From an uncultured bacterium (GTDB taxonomy: Bacteria; Zixibacteria; MSB-5A5; GN15; FEB-12): 15,906 bases of DNA. The translations under genes and the position numbers were made by a program. Below are positions 14,541 through 15,906 of this stretch, one piece after another. Under the pieces are notes generated by a model. It saw nothing but the letters and a program-made list of their open reading frames with translations. It was not told where the DNA came from and ran no database searches. How positions within the stretch are numbered: position 1 is the first letter of the stretch; the number at the start of each line of letters is the position of its first letter. The stretch is taken from assembly GCA_965372795.1 (NCBI GenBank), contig CBDVDR010000031.1:1-15906 (forward strand), given 5' to 3'.

Positions 14541-15906
14541 ATGAAAAAAATAACTATAGTTTTATCTATATTATTTATTGCTTTTTTAGGAATTAATGCA
14601 ACTGCTCAAACATTTCCTCCTGTTCTGAATACTATCGGAATCCAGGGTAGTACTGAAAATATTAATCTAAATTTTGTTGTAAGTGCGACCGATGCTGATA
14701 TAACCACGCCGACTTTAACCACTTCAACTTTACCGAGTGGTGCGAGTTTCTTAGATAACGGTGATGGCACCGGGGCGTTTAATTGGACGCCGACTTTTTT
14801 GCAGTCAGGAATTTACAATGTAACTTTTTATGCAAATGATGTTGTAACTGCAGACATTGATTCCGAAATTGTTGTAATTACTATTAATGAAGCCGGCAAT
14901 CAGACTCCGATCCTGACTTCAATTGGTGCACAATCAACTACCGAAAATATTCAATTAACATTTGGTATAACATCATCTGATATTGAAAGCACTCCGGTTC
15001 TGACGACTTCCGCTTTACCGGGAACAGCATCTTTTATAGACAATGGTGACGGCAGTGGATCATTTGACTGGACCCCGACCTTTTTAGAATCCGGCAGTTA
15101 TGATATAACCTTTACTGCAACCGATGATTCAACATCTTTTGTTAGTGAGATCGTAACGATCACAGTTAATGAAGCCGGCAATCAGACTCCGATCCTGACT
15201 TCAATCGGTGCTCAAGCAACTACCGAAAACGTACAATTAACATTTGGTATCAGTTCATCTGATATCGAGAGTACTCCGGTTCTGACCACTTCCGCTTTAC
15301 CGGGAACAGCATCTTTTATAGACAACGGTGATGGCTCTGGATCATTTGACTGGACGCCGACCTTCTTGGAATCCGGCACATTTAATGTGACTTTCTTTGC
15401 TACGGACGACTCTTTATCTGTAGTTAGTGAGATCGTAACGATCACAGTTAATGAAGCCGGCAACCAGACTCCGATCCTGACTTCTATCGGTGCTCAAGCA
15501 ACTACAGAAAATATTCAATTAACATTTGGTATAACATCATCTGATATTGAAAGCACTCCGGTTCTGACGACTTCCGCTTTACCGGGAACAGCATCTTTTA
15601 TAGACAATGGTGACGGCAGTGGATCATTTGACTGGACGCCGACCTTTTTGGAATCCGGCACTTATGATATAACTTTTACTGCAACCGATGATTCAACCGT
15701 TTTTGTTAGTGAGATCGTAACGATCACAGTTAATGAAGCCGGCAATCAGACTCCGATCCTGACTTCAATTGGTGCACAATCAACTACCGAAAATATTCAA
15801 TTAACATTTGGTATAACATCATCTGATATTGAAAGCACTCCGGTTCTGACGACTTCCGCTTTACCGGGAACAGCATCTTTTATAGACAATGGTGACGGCA
15901 GTGGAT
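14541..15906 (+). CDS. N-terminal part of a giant secreted tandem Ig-like (cadherin/He_PIG-type) repeat protein, probable adhesin or surface filament; 3'-truncated by the window
   Basis: Absent from the ORF track because there is no stop inside the window. ATG 14541 lies 21 nt after the previous stop, with GGAG upstream. It reads MKKITIVLSILFIAFLGINATA-QTFPPVLNTIG..., then repeats of NEAGNQTPILTSIGAQ.TTEN.QLTFGI.SSDIESTPVLTTSALPGTASFIDNGDGSGSFDWTPTFLESG. Confidence 0.92.
   Translation, partial: MKKITIVLSILFIAFLGINATAQTFPPVLNTIGIQGSTENINLNFVVSATDADITTPTLTTSTLPSGASFLDNGDGTGAFNWTPTFLQSGIYNVTFYANDVVTADIDSEIVVITINEAGNQTPILTSIGAQSTTENIQLTFGITSSDIESTPVLTTSALPGTASFIDNGDGSGSFDWTPTFLESGSYDITFTATDDSTSFVSEIVTITVNEAGNQTPILTSIGAQATTENVQLTFGISSSDIESTPVLTTSALPGTASFIDNGDGSGSFDWTPTFLESGTFNVTFFATDDSLSVVSEIVTITVNEAGNQTPILTSIGAQATTENIQLTFGITSSDIESTPVLTTSALPGTASFIDNGDGSGSFDWTPTFLESGTYDITFTATDDSTVFVSEIVTITVNEAGNQTPILTSIGAQSTTENIQLTFGITSSDIESTPVLTTSALPGTASFIDNGDGSG
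14886..15906 (+). repeat. 282-nt (94-aa) intragenic tandem repeat, at least 3.6 near-identical units
   Basis: Units begin AATGAAGCCGGCAA at 14886, 15168, 15450 and 15732. A more diverged first domain precedes them (about 14607-14885). Confidence 0.95.

Noticed and set aside
15212..15463. Minus-strand 83-aa ORF and the other short overlapping ORFs (22..213, 1123..1335, 2009..2251, 3869..4057, 4697..4951, 5186..5401, 5206..5442, 5432..5632, 8792..9076, 8844..9035, 10966..11214, 11156..11362, 12812..13018, 13660..13935)
   Set aside because: Antisense or alternate-frame shadows of well-supported genes, or low-complexity intergenic ORFs without RBS or motifs.
14886..15906. Diversity-generating retroelement TR/VR pair or mobile-element repeats
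   Set aside because: The repeats are in-frame protein domains, their differences are not restricted to adenines, and no reverse transcriptase or transposase is present.

Overview
Bacterial window (AT-rich, genetic code 11; protein style suggests the FCB group, possibly Zixibacteria-like, which is an inference). The left part (1-3513) holds an AT-rich putative HEPN-nuclease gene, then three minus-strand genes: an alpha/beta-hydrolase-fold protein with a degenerate active site, a flavodiiron protein (fprA), and an AhpD/CMD-like peroxidase. The ORF track splits the peroxidase into two pieces (960..1205 and 669..938). They are in frame and separated by one TGA in the motif C-H-Y-U, followed directly by a bacterial SECIS-like hairpin, so this is best read as one 178-aa selenoprotein. 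The right part (3844-15906) is a plus-strand cluster of five secreted proteins: a T9SS-CTD-like protein, three proteins that each combine cohesin-like and dockerin-like modules with no recognisable enzyme domain, and the start of a giant tandem Ig-repeat protein (282-nt units, missed by the ORF track) that runs off the window. The cluster looks like a non-cellulosomal cohesin-dockerin surface scaffold. It has a near-consensus sigma70 promoter, a shared palindromic operator-like motif and intergenic hairpins. All domain calls come from reading motifs by eye; no searches were run.
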